From Nitrosopumilaceae archaeon (GTDB taxonomy: Archaea; Thermoproteota; Nitrososphaeria; Nitrososphaerales; Nitrosopumilaceae): 64,000 nt of DNA. The notes under the pieces are model-generated. The model saw only the letters and a list, made by a program, of their open reading frames with translations, was not told the DNA's origin and searched no databases. The stretch is from positions 1,088,001 to 1,152,000 of the forward strand of contig OZ242365.1 of the NCBI GenBank assembly GCA_965208905.1, given 5' to 3'. Made by a program: the position numbers and the translations under genes. Below are positions 10,393 through 20,430 of the stretch, piece by piece. Positions within the stretch are counted from its first letter, which is position 1. Each line of letters opens with the position of its first letter.

Positions 10393-10876
10393 TGCGCCTG
10401 CAGGGCGGCGGTCTTGCCGTCCACAATCTGGGCAGGCGCGATACGTCGCAGTGGCCCGTACGACTCCAAGCCTTGGCGAATCACGGCTTTAGGCATTCGA
10501 TGCCTGTCGTCTGTACCGTGCTGCACGCCGGAGACCATCGGGTCGCCGGCAGGTGCTATAGGGAGCCGAAATCGGAAGATCACTCTTTGTACTGACCAGA
10601 CTGGCAACATCATATGTTGTTTGACTCTCATAGTTTATTATTGTACAGATATGACGGGGTTGCCCAACAAGCGTATTCATGCCGCTTGCGGTCAAATCTG
10701 GGGCGGTCTGGCGCGGGTTTCTGCCCCTCCATAATGCCACATAGTGTGGTATTTTTGCCTCGCAGGAGCCTATTTTGACGGCGCAGTTGTCCGTTTAAGC
10801 AGATCATAAGCCATACATGCCTGTATATGGAGTAGTGATGCCGGTGTTCTGTGTTGTTGTACTTTGGCACAGGGAA

Positions 10877-11447
10877 TTATATACCTGGGTATGCACGCGT
10901 AACATACGCGTACATTCCTAGATGCTTCATGGCGCTTGATGTTTTGGGTCGATTGCACGCTTGATTCTCACGCCGCCGTCTGGCGTCCGGAACTGCACAA
11001 ACAGGTGGCTTCCGGGTCCGGCCCATTTCACGCCTTTCGAGGGCTATTCCTTCCCCCGCGGGAACCTCTCGTCTGGTTCCCCGTTGTATGATGTTTACCG
11101 ACGCATTGCCGTCGGCATTTGCTACATGCCCACATCCCATACACTTGAACATCTCCCCATTTCGGTTCTCCTTGGATATGTAGCCGCATATACTGCACTC
11201 CTGGCTCGTGTGTTTTGGACTTACCTCTACTACATGGATGCCCAGCCGCTCTGCGATAATGCGTATTTTTCGCAGTATTGCATAATGCCGAATAAACCGC
11301 ATACCGCGATTCAGACCTGTCTTGTGCCTGCCACCGCGCCTGCTCATGGCCTCTAAGTTGAGCTGCTCGACATATATTACATCCACGCCCTCGCATATCT
11401 TCTTGGCTAGAAGCCACTCCGCATACTCGCGGTCATTCGCATTACCC
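10877..11447 (-). pseudogene. tnpB: tnpB C-terminal fragment (RuvC-II, zinc ribbon, RuvC-III)
   Basis: VIYVEQL, TSQECSICG...FKCMGCG..NADGNASVNI; cut at the IS3 insertion. Confidence 0.9.
10891..10915 (-). other. subterminal hairpin at tnpB 3' end (candidate omegaRNA stem)
   Basis: Minus strand ATGTACGCGTA-TGT-TACGCGTGCAT, an 11-bp stem with one G-U pair, adjacent to the TIR. Confidence 0.45.
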
Positions 11448-11519
11448 TGGTGGGGACCCCGCTAGAATGAGAACACTCACGTTCATACAGCTTAAAGTCG
11501 TAATGGGAGGGATGATGCC

Positions 11520-11810
11520 ATGGTAAGAACAAAGTTTACTCCAGACCAAAAGATCCAGATCGTTTTGGAATCAATCAAGACCAATATTGGCACGGCCGAG
11601 CTGTGCCGCAAGCACAACGTTCATCCCCAAACGTTTCAAGCCTGGCGGCAAAAGTTCATGGACGCAGGCAAGTCCGGACTGACCCATCACGGAAAGAAGG
11701 ATCCGATAAAGGCCATCAAAAAGGAGAACGGCGACCTAAAGCGAATCATAGGGGATCTGACAATCGCAAACGACGCTTTAAAAAAAACCTTGGAGGCAAG
11801 CAACGATTGA
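11520..11810 (+). CDS. IS3 OrfA (HTH + leucine zipper)
   Basis: KFTPDQKIQIV...ELCRKHNV...W HTH_Tnp_1 pattern. Confidence 0.9.
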   Translation: MVRTKFTPDQKIQIVLESIKTNIGTAELCRKHNVHPQTFQAWRQKFMDAGKSGLTHHGKKDPIKAIKKENGDLKRIIGDLTIANDALKKTLEASND

Positions 11811-12637
11811 ACGCGGTAAAAATCATGCAGGAACAACATTTGAGCCTGCGCAAGTCGCTAGGGTATGCGGGCGTATCCAGGCGCCAATGGTACTACAAAC
11901 CCAAGCCCAGAGACATGGGATTGAATCCGGATATATTGAGCACTGTGCTAGATACGAGCAGAAAGAGGCCCACGTACGGCACACGGCGCATGGCGGCCCA
12001 GATAACGCGCGATACGGGAATTGTGGTGAACCGCAAGCAGATACAGCGGATATATCGCAAAATGGGCTACATCCAGCCACAAAATACCAAAAACGACATC
12101 ATTCGAGCGGGTCAAAAGCTCTTCAAACCCAAAGCCCCACACCAGTTGTGGGAGACGGACATCACATACATCTGGTGCGGTATAGACGGCTGGTGCTACT
12201 GCTTCAACGTAATTGACTGCTTTACGCGCAAGTGGATCGCCTACGCGTTTGATGTCAATGCCACACGAGACATTGCAATCACCTCAATCACCAACGCGGT
12301 TGCCGCAGAGAAACCTGACTGCTCACAATTACGATTGCGTACGGACAACGGCAACCAGTATACGAGCCGCGACTTTAGACATGCGGTTCAGGCCCTTGGC
12401 ATCGGCAAACATGAATTCATCTACAAGAATACGCCGGAGCAGAACGGACATGTCGAATCATTTCACAAGACGCTGAAAAAGGAATACATCTGGCCGCACG
12501 AGTTTGCGAACTATCAGGAGGCAGAGACGATCATTGCAAAGGCCTTTGTAGATTACAACACCGAGAGGATTCATTCCTCTATCGGATACATGACACCAGT
12601 AGAATTTGCCGAACAGTTGGAGATGACAAATAAATGA
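11780..12637 (+). CDS. IS3 OrfB DDE integrase, joined to OrfA by a -1 frameshift
   Basis: WETDITY, RTDNG.QY, NGHVESF..LK.E; slippery TTTAAAAAAAAC at 11777-11788. Confidence 0.9.
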   Translation, partial: KKNLGGKQRLNAVKIMQEQHLSLRKSLGYAGVSRRQWYYKPKPRDMGLNPDILSTVLDTSRKRPTYGTRRMAAQITRDTGIVVNRKQIQRIYRKMGYIQPQNTKNDIIRAGQKLFKPKAPHQLWETDITYIWCGIDGWCYCFNVIDCFTRKWIAYAFDVNATRDIAITSITNAVAAEKPDCSQLRLRTDNGNQYTSRDFRHAVQALGIGKHEFIYKNTPEQNGHVESFHKTLKKEYIWPHEFANYQEAETIIAKAFVDYNTERIHSSIGYMTPVEFAEQLEMTNK

Positions 12638-12694
12638 TGGAAGATGTATGTAAAATCATGCCGAAAACAGTAACATTCTATGGGGTCCACTCCA

Positions 12695-12769
12695 ACCCCG
12701 GTTGTACTTTTCTCGTTTATGTTTAATTTTACGTGTTGAGTTTGAGTGTTTGTTGTGGTGCGATATGGT
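12695..12769 (-). pseudogene. tnpB: tnpB middle fragment
   Basis: Encodes TISHHNKHSNSTRKIKHKREKYNRG, in frame with both other fragments once the TSDs are collapsed. Confidence 0.85.
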
Positions 12770-12942
12770 GGGACTGGGAAGAAATGCTGACCTAGGGAAA
12801 GTGCTGACCCGAAGTGGGAAGAAATGCTGACCTGACCTATATTTCCACTCCGACCCCAATTTCCACTCCGCTAATTTGACCAATGTTTCCACTCCAGACA
12901 TGAACTACCCTAATGTTGAATAAAAGATGAAAAATATACTAC

Positions 12943-14328
12943 TTATTTTTGCTTGGCCTTGGCAGCAGCCTGTATGAGAGTCATCCACTTGTTATCACCC
13001 TGTACAATTATACCGGCGGCCTCTGCCGGAGTCTGGTTATCTGATAATCCAAGGTGTGAACGCACAAAGTTATGATATAACTTCAAACCTGTTATGATAC
13101 CCGAATCCTCGCGCTTTAGACCGCGCGTTACCTTCTCACGGTGACGTAACGTGTTCCCATTGAACGACTCCATCTGGTTGTTGTGATGTATGCCATCAAA
13201 CGCGACATCGTTTACATGTTGGGTTTCTTTGTGCAGAAAGTTCTTGGCTTTGTATTGTCTCTTCCATGCATTGTGGAAGTTTGTAGCACCGTCTGATATC
13301 AGGGTATCCGGAACCTTGCCTGCTATACATTTGGCCTGCTTGAACATTGGAGCCACATCATCATTGCCCTTATGTTCAGCCACCATCTTTGAAATCCAGT
13401 ATCTTGTATCTGAATCCAACATGGCAAACAAGTATCGCTTGTTGCCCTTAATTTTCAAGTGCAGCTCATCCGTTCTCCATTCCTCTCCGACCTGTAGTTG
13501 TATTGTATCAACATAGGACTCCATTAGTTTGGCGTAGGTAGCGGCCCAATTCTGTATGGTTCTGTAGGTTATCTTGGGGCCGTTCTGCCCCAACTGTCTT
13601 GCCACCTTCCTGGATGACAATCCACTAAAGTACATTCCTACTGCCGTACAGATGTCATCCGGCGTGGTATGCTTCATCTCAAAGCCAAGGTTCTGAATGA
13701 ATCGTCTCCCACATGTTTTGCAGCCGTACTGCTGTTTCTTGCGACACTTGCCCTTCTTGATGATATTAGTAGAGTCACAGAACTTGCATCTGGTGTGATC
13801 ATGCGGCTGTATTATACGCCGTTCACCATTATGCCACTGGACTGCTTGAATGTGTTTGCATGTACTCCCTGTATGTATGTGGTCCGGGCATGAACACATC
13901 CACCCGCTACCGAAATTACGCACCTCGTATGATTCATCAGTACTCTGTGATTTGACTAGATAGTGGTCGTGCGATATACGTTCTACCTGATTATTGGCCT
14001 GATGTATCATCATGCCGCGGTCAGCACGCGCCTTTGCGCCAAGATGCTCTTCTAATGCATATGCATGCTTGCAATATATCGCATCATCAGGACATGTACA
14101 GTTCCAGCTTCGGGCTGTCCGTGTCAACGTATACTTGACGCATGGTTCAGTCTGTGAACACACCTCGTATGTAGAATCATCTACTTGACGAATCTGATTC
14201 TTTTGTTTTGTTATCAATATGCCTCGTTGTTTTCTGTAATTCATTTGCATGGTAGCGTATCGGCACCATTTAAGGCGGTAAAAGTCAATCTTGAGGTATA
14301 GGAGTACTCCTGTGAACGCTGTGGGCAT
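12943..14328 (-). CDS. IS6-like DDE transposase with two N-terminal SWIM zinc fingers and a C4 zinc ribbon
   Basis: CTCPD..YCKH and CSCPD..TCKH (SWIM); CKFC..CKTC; HTH; WRTDE, LISDG, NNQMESF triad; true start probably 14250 or 14244. Confidence 0.88.
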   Translation of the reverse strand: MPTAFTGVLLYLKIDFYRLKWCRYATMQMNYRKQRGILITKQKNQIRQVDDSTYEVCSQTEPCVKYTLTRTARSWNCTCPDDAIYCKHAYALEEHLGAKARADRGMMIHQANNQVERISHDHYLVKSQSTDESYEVRNFGSGWMCSCPDHIHTGSTCKHIQAVQWHNGERRIIQPHDHTRCKFCDSTNIIKKGKCRKKQQYGCKTCGRRFIQNLGFEMKHTTPDDICTAVGMYFSGLSSRKVARQLGQNGPKITYRTIQNWAATYAKLMESYVDTIQLQVGEEWRTDELHLKIKGNKRYLFAMLDSDTRYWISKMVAEHKGNDDVAPMFKQAKCIAGKVPDTLISDGATNFHNAWKRQYKAKNFLHKETQHVNDVAFDGIHHNNQMESFNGNTLRHREKVTRGLKREDSGIITGLKLYHNFVRSHLGLSDNQTPAEAAGIIVQGDNKWMTLIQAAAKAKQK

Positions 14329-14777
14329 ACATAAAATGGACTATCTGGCAACTCCACGGGTTGTAAGGGACTGGGAAGAAACGCTGACCCAGAGTCGAAA
14401 TGGAGGTCTTGTACGATTAGGAGTGCGGAGTGGAAATTGTACGTCTGGGGCGGAAACATAGGTCAAATCACTACGCGCTATTTTGGGGCACACGCTATAT
14501 TTGGGACAGTTCAAAGAGTGGTCCACTCAACATCCCGTGAAAACCGAGCTATGACTATCATCTTTGAGGAGTGCTTGAGTCCAGAGATAACATGACAGTA
14601 GTGTGTGTACTGGCCGGAGGGAGGCTGTAAAAACCAGTCCTATAAAGGGGCCTAGACTAGAAATGGCATAAGGTGTGTGGTAGGTGCATGAGGTCAGTTT
14701 TAGTGAACTGAGTATAAGGCTATGTACCATCATTTTCTGTCTTAAACATTGAAATTAACGATAAACGTTCGTGACAT

Positions 14778-15255
14778 ATGCGAGGCTATTATGCGATACA
14801 GGTTTGTATGAATGGGCATGTTATCACTGATCGGCATAGGTGGGACGACGTCGAATATTGTACAGAATGTGGGGAGAAGACAATAATCAAATGTCAAAAT
14901 CAAAGCTGTGGTGAGGAGATACGTGGTGAGTCAACTACCCCCTCCAATTTCCCGCTCGCTGTAGGTTGGCCCAGCACCAAATAACTGTCATAAATGTGGA
15001 GAACCATACCCTTGGACACGGGATAAGATCGAAGCACTTCAGAAGTTGATAGAGTTGTCATCTCTGGACAAGGAACACAAAAAATACGTGTTGGATGAGG
15101 TTGTACACATCATAAGTGAAACACCAAAGACCAAAATCATTTGTGATGTATTTAAGAAAATCATTCCTGAAGATGAATCATCGATTTGGTCTGTACTCAT
15201 AGAGGTGGCTACACAGAAGGCAAAGGACATTCTAACCGGCGTGTCACCGACATAG
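14778..15255 (+). pseudogene. DUF2321-like Zn-ribbon protein, one frameshift
   Basis: QVCMNGHVIT..YCTECG..C..CG.EIRG in one frame continues as CHKCGEPYPWT in the next; removing 1 nt near 14940-14975 gives about 158 aa. Confidence 0.7.
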
Positions 15256-15322
15256 ATGGCAATTTACATGAAACCATCCAGATTTCCACAATGGGAGCCA
15301 AGAAAAGAGTAGCCTTTGTTAA

Positions 15323-18274
15323 TCATCCTTCCAAATCTTTCCGACCCAAATGCTTCTCATGTACCAACCAATCGTATATCTGTTCTAAGTTGTCCACACT
15401 CAATCCCAATATATCCGAAACACGCCTGTCAATCTCTTGTCGCACCTTATCACTATCCACCATATTGATGGGCTTCATCTCCTTTTTACAAAGGTCATCG
15501 AAAACCCCATCCAACTGTGTGATGATGTGTTCGTCCATGCTAGCAAAATCCGGCACAGGCATTTGTCTGCATGACGTTAGTGTCATCAAGCCACGTTCAG
15601 TTTGCTGTGAGTTGGATACGAACCAATATGTGAGTATTCCAAAGATTGAGTTAAACCATACCATAAACGCTTTTTCATGATTACTATCATTCAGTCTGAC
15701 GTTGGGCCATGCACTACCACCAACTGTCTCCATCTCCGTATATGCGGCAATCAATCGTTGGGAGGTATACCGAACATACAGGTTGATGTGTGTATGTGTT
15801 CTTGTATCCCAAACATTGTTTACCTGTTCCTTTGTTGCATCTTGTTTTTTCTCTAATGAATAATCCGGAGGCACAACCATAATTCGTTGTGTTTTAGCAT
15901 CATTTCCCCACAAACACTGGTATCTTTGTCTGCGCCCGTATCTGATTTTTATAAAAGGACCCTGCGGAGTACCATCATGTTTGGTTCCAATTATGTCAAG
16001 GTGATGTTTCCCCATGTACGATATTTCTCCAATAGTAGTCATTTCAATACCCAACCCACCATTTATCAGACTGTATGCAGTCTGTAAGAGAAATATGTTT
16101 GATGTTCTGGTCAACATCCATCGTCCATCTTCCACAGTACAGTCTAACATATCGCCAACATGTGTGTCTCCTAAAACAAGTGACGTTCCACCCATGCAAT
16201 GCTCAATTCTATTGGCCGGTGTTTTTCGTATGATTTTTGCAACCTCCAACCCTCCAAGACGTGACGTAGGTAGTTTATTGAGCAATACAAATTTAATTCT
16301 GGGAAATTGCCCTTCTGGCCACTTGGTTGTTCTTTTACGGGCTATCAATACCACCTCCTCCATTCCTGTACCGGCAGAGAAGGTCAACTCATCAGTTCCT
16401 GCTGAACGACGCAGTCTGACTACTGTTATGTCATCGTACCATTGGTTCAATACTTCACGTATGTCTGACCATGCCGAACCAGAAGTCATGGTAGCTGGCA
16501 GTATGAAGCCCATCACACCACCTGGTTTTAGTTTCCGATGGGTGATTGCAATAAAGTATGATGCCAGACCGGCATGTCCATGAGATCCGGTTTCGCAGAA
16601 GAGGTTAGCGTTGGTTTTTCCCATATCACTCTGTATATCCGGCGGTATACCAAATACAGCAAAAGGAGGAACCGGGTCGGTTCGTCCACTGCCGTGGTTT
16701 GTAGCCTTTACGAATGGTGGATTCATGAGTACAAAATCAAACGATTCAGAACGAAGCCTCACACTCGTAAGATTCTGTCCGCCTTGTCCACCATGTCTTT
16801 TACCAACATCTCCAGATAGTGCCTCTATCTCAAGGCTTATGGAGTCTTCACTAATTTCTGAATCTACATCTCTAATAAGATCCAACGAGCCCAATGAACG
16901 AACAGGTTTACGAGGCCGTGTCTTTACCGGCATCGGTGTCCCTATTGGCATCTGGTATATTCTGGCTTCTTTGAATATGTTCGCGGGATATAACACAGCC
17001 AAGTTGGAAACTGTCAAATGTGTTGCGGTCGGCATTATATCAAAACCCCACAATACATCAGCCATTACTGTGGGGTGCATCTTTGCAATATTCTCGTCAT
17101 TGGCATGACAATGTATTATGTGGTTATATGCGGCGGTCAGCAACATGCCGGTGCCACACGCAAAGTCAGCTATGCGGAGTTTCTCTATGCGAGATTTATC
17201 ATTCCAAATTTTATCACTTATCGGGGGCAATACAAGTTCGGCTAAAAGTGTAGCAGCTTCAGGTCTAGTATAGAATGAGGCCGATTTTTTTCGTTCAATT
17301 AGGTCATTCTGATATAATGCACCATATACATCGCCAGAATTCTGCATGCCGAGACTCATTACAACTGAGACTGTTTGAATTATCACATCTATAATGACAG
17401 ATGCAGATCGTTCCGGTATCACATTAAACAGGTCGCGTGTAATCTCAAAGACTGGACCATAATTGATGTCCAATACAGATTCCATACCATTCATGATGTC
17501 ATATTTGGTGGGCTTGTTTGTCAGAGAACCAATGGATGTAAGTGTCTTTATTTCGTCTAGATGTGAAGATAGTTCTTCATAAAAGATACTTCCATTGAGT
17601 AGCATCAACGCGGCCATAGACATAGCTTGTCTGTCACTCATACCATACAGGGTGTCAGTACTCTTGTTATAGCCCAACAAACTGATTATCTCTGACTTGA
17701 CACCGTTGTCAGCATCAACCAATGTATTGGCTATACTGTTTATCTGCTTCTGAATAATTTCTGTATACTCATCTTCAACATTGCGTGATACTATGGAAAG
17801 GCGTGTCGCCGTTATAACATCGGTTATGTTCCCCCTTAGGTATCCGTTGGTGGGAAATCTGTTGGTGCGGTCATGTACAAAATATTCCAGCTCGGAACTA
17901 CCAAACTTTGTTCGAAAGTCATCCGCGTCATCTGCATGCGCAAGCTCGTCGGGGAACAGCACCCCGACTATGGCTGACGGTGTGATGTTACCTTCCTCCA
18001 ACGTTACTTCTAAACGGTCGCCGACCTCCCGCTCCAGATTGCTCCTGTCTGTCTCCAACTCAATAATTACGGCTTGGTTTACGCTTCCTGTCCCCTTTGG
18101 TCGCACTATGATGTCAGGTCGCTTGCCGTGTTTACCAGAGACGGTCCGTGTCCTCTCGGCCTTTGCAGTACACCAGCCACTGTCATTTATGACCTCTGCT
18201 ACCCAGGGGTTGATTGCAGACTCTACGGCCCGGCCACCACGACGCGTTATGGGAAGCAACCTCCGTCCGGCCAC
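15323..18274 (-). CDS. Type IIG-like fused restriction endonuclease/amino-methyltransferase
   Basis: N-terminal RPDII..IIELE nuclease motif; FYTRPE, IADFACGTG (motif I), MNPPF (motif IV); C-terminal TRD-like region. Confidence 0.85.
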   Translation of the reverse strand: MAGRRLLPITRRGGRAVESAINPWVAEVINDSGWCTAKAERTRTVSGKHGKRPDIIVRPKGTGSVNQAVIIELETDRSNLEREVGDRLEVTLEEGNITPSAIVGVLFPDELAHADDADDFRTKFGSSELEYFVHDRTNRFPTNGYLRGNITDVITATRLSIVSRNVEDEYTEIIQKQINSIANTLVDADNGVKSEIISLLGYNKSTDTLYGMSDRQAMSMAALMLLNGSIFYEELSSHLDEIKTLTSIGSLTNKPTKYDIMNGMESVLDINYGPVFEITRDLFNVIPERSASVIIDVIIQTVSVVMSLGMQNSGDVYGALYQNDLIERKKSASFYTRPEAATLLAELVLPPISDKIWNDKSRIEKLRIADFACGTGMLLTAAYNHIIHCHANDENIAKMHPTVMADVLWGFDIMPTATHLTVSNLAVLYPANIFKEARIYQMPIGTPMPVKTRPRKPVRSLGSLDLIRDVDSEISEDSISLEIEALSGDVGKRHGGQGGQNLTSVRLRSESFDFVLMNPPFVKATNHGSGRTDPVPPFAVFGIPPDIQSDMGKTNANLFCETGSHGHAGLASYFIAITHRKLKPGGVMGFILPATMTSGSAWSDIREVLNQWYDDITVVRLRRSAGTDELTFSAGTGMEEVVLIARKRTTKWPEGQFPRIKFVLLNKLPTSRLGGLEVAKIIRKTPANRIEHCMGGTSLVLGDTHVGDMLDCTVEDGRWMLTRTSNIFLLQTAYSLINGGLGIEMTTIGEISYMGKHHLDIIGTKHDGTPQGPFIKIRYGRRQRYQCLWGNDAKTQRIMVVPPDYSLEKKQDATKEQVNNVWDTRTHTHINLYVRYTSQRLIAAYTEMETVGGSAWPNVRLNDSNHEKAFMVWFNSIFGILTYWFVSNSQQTERGLMTLTSCRQMPVPDFASMDEHIITQLDGVFDDLCKKEMKPINMVDSDKVRQEIDRRVSDILGLSVDNLEQIYDWLVHEKHLGRKDLEG

Positions 18275-18623
18275 CTCTTTGCAGTATTAAATCTACCAAA
18301 TGTTTTGTAGCTTGCTTTATAGTGCCAATAGACGCACCACAACCGTGATGATTGCCCACCGCTAGTTGTTCGTGCCGCCAAGCACTGTTCGTGCCGCCAA
18401 GCACTGTTCGTGCCGCCAAGCACTGTTCAGCTTCCAAGGTCTGCGAGCACCCTCTCTGCATTAAGAGAATGTCTATCCTTGACTGCGTCTCCCCAATTTC
18501 CAACACCGTCGCCTTTCTCTTGGATTCAATCTTTGATGCCAGCCCACAGTAGATAGCCCGATGCTGGCCTTGTTTATGCCGGATAATGTTGCCCTTGATG
18601 GTCTTGAAGTTGATGGAACTCAT
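18183..18623 (-). CDS. hypothetical protein containing a 19-bp tandem repeat
   Basis: ATG-started ORF upstream of and co-directional with the RM gene; its C-terminus depends on repeat number. Confidence 0.4.
   Translation of the reverse strand: MSSINFKTIKGNIIRHKQGQHRAIYCGLASKIESKRKATVLEIGETQSRIDILLMQRGCSQTLEAEQCLAARTVLGGTNSAWRHEQLAVGNHHGCGASIGTIKQATKHLVDLILQRGGRTEVASHNASWWPGRRVCNQPLGSRGHK
18367..18428. repeat. 19-bp tandem repeat x3.3
   Basis: (TGTTCGTGCCGCCAAGCAC)x3 + TGTTC, perfect copies. Confidence 0.95.
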
Positions 18624-18935
18624 ATAGAAAATATAGACGATCTGTTAATAAGGTTATACGAACAGCCGCCTCCAAACTCAGTGTTGTAAGAACTTTTAAC
18701 CTAACTGAACTATTAAAATTATGATCTGGAATTGTCCTGACCTATGTTTCCGCCTCAGACCAACATTTCCACTCCGCTAAAACATACCTCGTTTCCACTC
18801 CGCACGCCTGATGTATAACTAATGTACTCCAACTACTATTTCCAGTCTAGGCACCACTTTGGGACAGGCGCCATTAATGGGACAGTCCACACAATCAATC
18901 CCCTTTTAATATAATGTCGTTTTGATAACCACATT

Positions 18936-19454
18936 GTGGACTGGTACGCGGAGATTTTACCATCAATTATGTCAGCATCGATAGCGATTGCCATAATAAC
19001 TACACTTGTGCTAGCAAGGAAGGACAAGAAACGCGAGTGCCGCGAGAGGCAAGCTACGGAGGTAAAGATGCTGCTTGATGCACACATGAACTTATGGAGT
19101 GGCCTGCGGCAGATGGAGGCGCATGCTGCTGGTATACCTGATAGGAATAAGCAGTCGGGTAGTCACGCCCTGTTGGTAGACGACTTCAAGTGGCTTCGCG
19201 ACGTATTACGCAACGAGTCGCTCATGTTGGCGCCCGAGATACATGATGAATACGTCAAGTTTCTCAAAGAACCCCTGAAGCAGGCAATGTTTGGCCTCGG
19301 CAGCTATATCCCCGCTAGCTCTCACATATATGGTGCGTCAGATACACCGTACTTGGCTAACCTCTCCAAAATGCAGCAAATAGCCGAGAAGCAGTGGAAG
19401 AAGTATGAGTCCGAATACCGCATGCTTGGTGGAAAGTATCCGCACGCCAGATGA
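18936..19454 (+). CDS. hypothetical protein with N-terminal TM helix
   Basis: 172-aa ORF with hydrophobic segment SIMSASIAIAIITTLVLA followed by basic residues. Confidence 0.65.
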   Translation: MDWYAEILPSIMSASIAIAIITTLVLARKDKKRECRERQATEVKMLLDAHMNLWSGLRQMEAHAAGIPDRNKQSGSHALLVDDFKWLRDVLRNESLMLAPEIHDEYVKFLKEPLKQAMFGLGSYIPASSHIYGASDTPYLANLSKMQQIAEKQWKKYESEYRMLGGKYPHAR

Positions 19455-19476
19455 TCTTCCAATACCTCAACCCACA

Positions 19477-20430
19477 TTACGCCTCAACAGTAGGATAGTC
19501 AACATACTCGAACTTCAGCGACTCTATCATGGCCTTGGCCTCCTCAACACATTCAAACTTGGGCGAACACACCAGATAACCTATACCGCGCCTCTCCTCC
19601 GTAAACCCGCCTTGGCCGACCCGAAGGGCTATGACACACCGGTTCTCCGGCAGATGAAGTCCCCACTCTTTTGGTATGAATATACTCCACGGCTGCTGCC
19701 AGTGTTCCATGTATGCAACAACCACTCCCGGGCGGTACCTGCGCATCTGCCCCATCTTGCGCGTCAGGGTGTGGAAGTTGGCATCGGCATCGTCTCCCCT
19801 ACCTCCGTATTTTGTGACGTACTTCATTTTGGGGCGGTACTTGCCCGGATCAATGCAGAACTCGCCCCCCACATACACACCGCGCTTCATGGTACATGCC
19901 TCTTCGTATGCAAGCGGACCAGTGCCGTACCAAACCTCTACGTCCCACCTGTTGTTGTTCATGTCTTCAATGTCAATGTCAAATGTATGTTTGTTGTCAC
20001 AGTCCATATGTTCCACCTCGATGTCCACTATTCGGAATCCTGCCTCGTAGAACCACTTGGTGACGCGCGCCTGAACTGCAATCCCGCCCCCATCACTGCC
20101 TGTCTGCAAGCGATCCAACTCCCTGTCGACATCGCCCCGCAACTCGTAGATGTTTTGGGCCGTCTCAAATTTCCGCATCAGGTTGGGGTGTAGCCGGCGC
20201 AATTCGTCAATGTCGGGTGCATCCTGCCGCTCCAATATGTGTCGCAGGGTTCGTGTTCGACACAACTGTCCACGGTAGTCCGTGATCTGTTTTGTGATGG
20301 AATCGTACTTCTTGGCTTGGCCCTCCCGGCAAATATTGGACTGGTTTGTCTTCCACCACTCCAGCAACTCGTCCAACGTTTTGAGGCCCGCGCATGGGTC
20401 AAATTTTGCCATGCTCTGTTCCCGATGCAC
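19477..20430 (-). CDS. hypothetical protein, possible PD-(D/E)XK-fold nuclease
   Basis: 317-aa ORF; GFRIVDIE..FDIDIED..WDVEVW pattern resembles a restriction-endonuclease core. Confidence 0.55.
   Translation of the reverse strand: MHREQSMAKFDPCAGLKTLDELLEWWKTNQSNICREGQAKKYDSITKQITDYRGQLCRTRTLRHILERQDAPDIDELRRLHPNLMRKFETAQNIYELRGDVDRELDRLQTGSDGGGIAVQARVTKWFYEAGFRIVDIEVEHMDCDNKHTFDIDIEDMNNNRWDVEVWYGTGPLAYEEACTMKRGVYVGGEFCIDPGKYRPKMKYVTKYGGRGDDADANFHTLTRKMGQMRRYRPGVVVAYMEHWQQPWSIFIPKEWGLHLPENRCVIALRVGQGGFTEERRGIGYLVCSPKFECVEEAKAMIESLKFEYVDYPTVEA

Larger units (their letters stand above)
11448..12694 (+). mobile_element. IS3-family insertion sequence
   Basis: TG...CA ends; IRL TGGTGGGGACCCCGCTAGAATG vs IRR(rc) TGGAGTGGACCCCATAGAATG; 4-bp TSD ACCC (11444-11447, 12695-12698). 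Confidence 0.95.

Noticed and set aside
12770-12900. Short repeated TTTCCACTCC units as a CRISPR array paired with a Cas12f-like TnpB
   Set aside because: The units are short, degenerate and irregularly spaced, lack 30-40-nt unique spacers, and belong to the transposon that disrupts tnpB; no cas genes are present.
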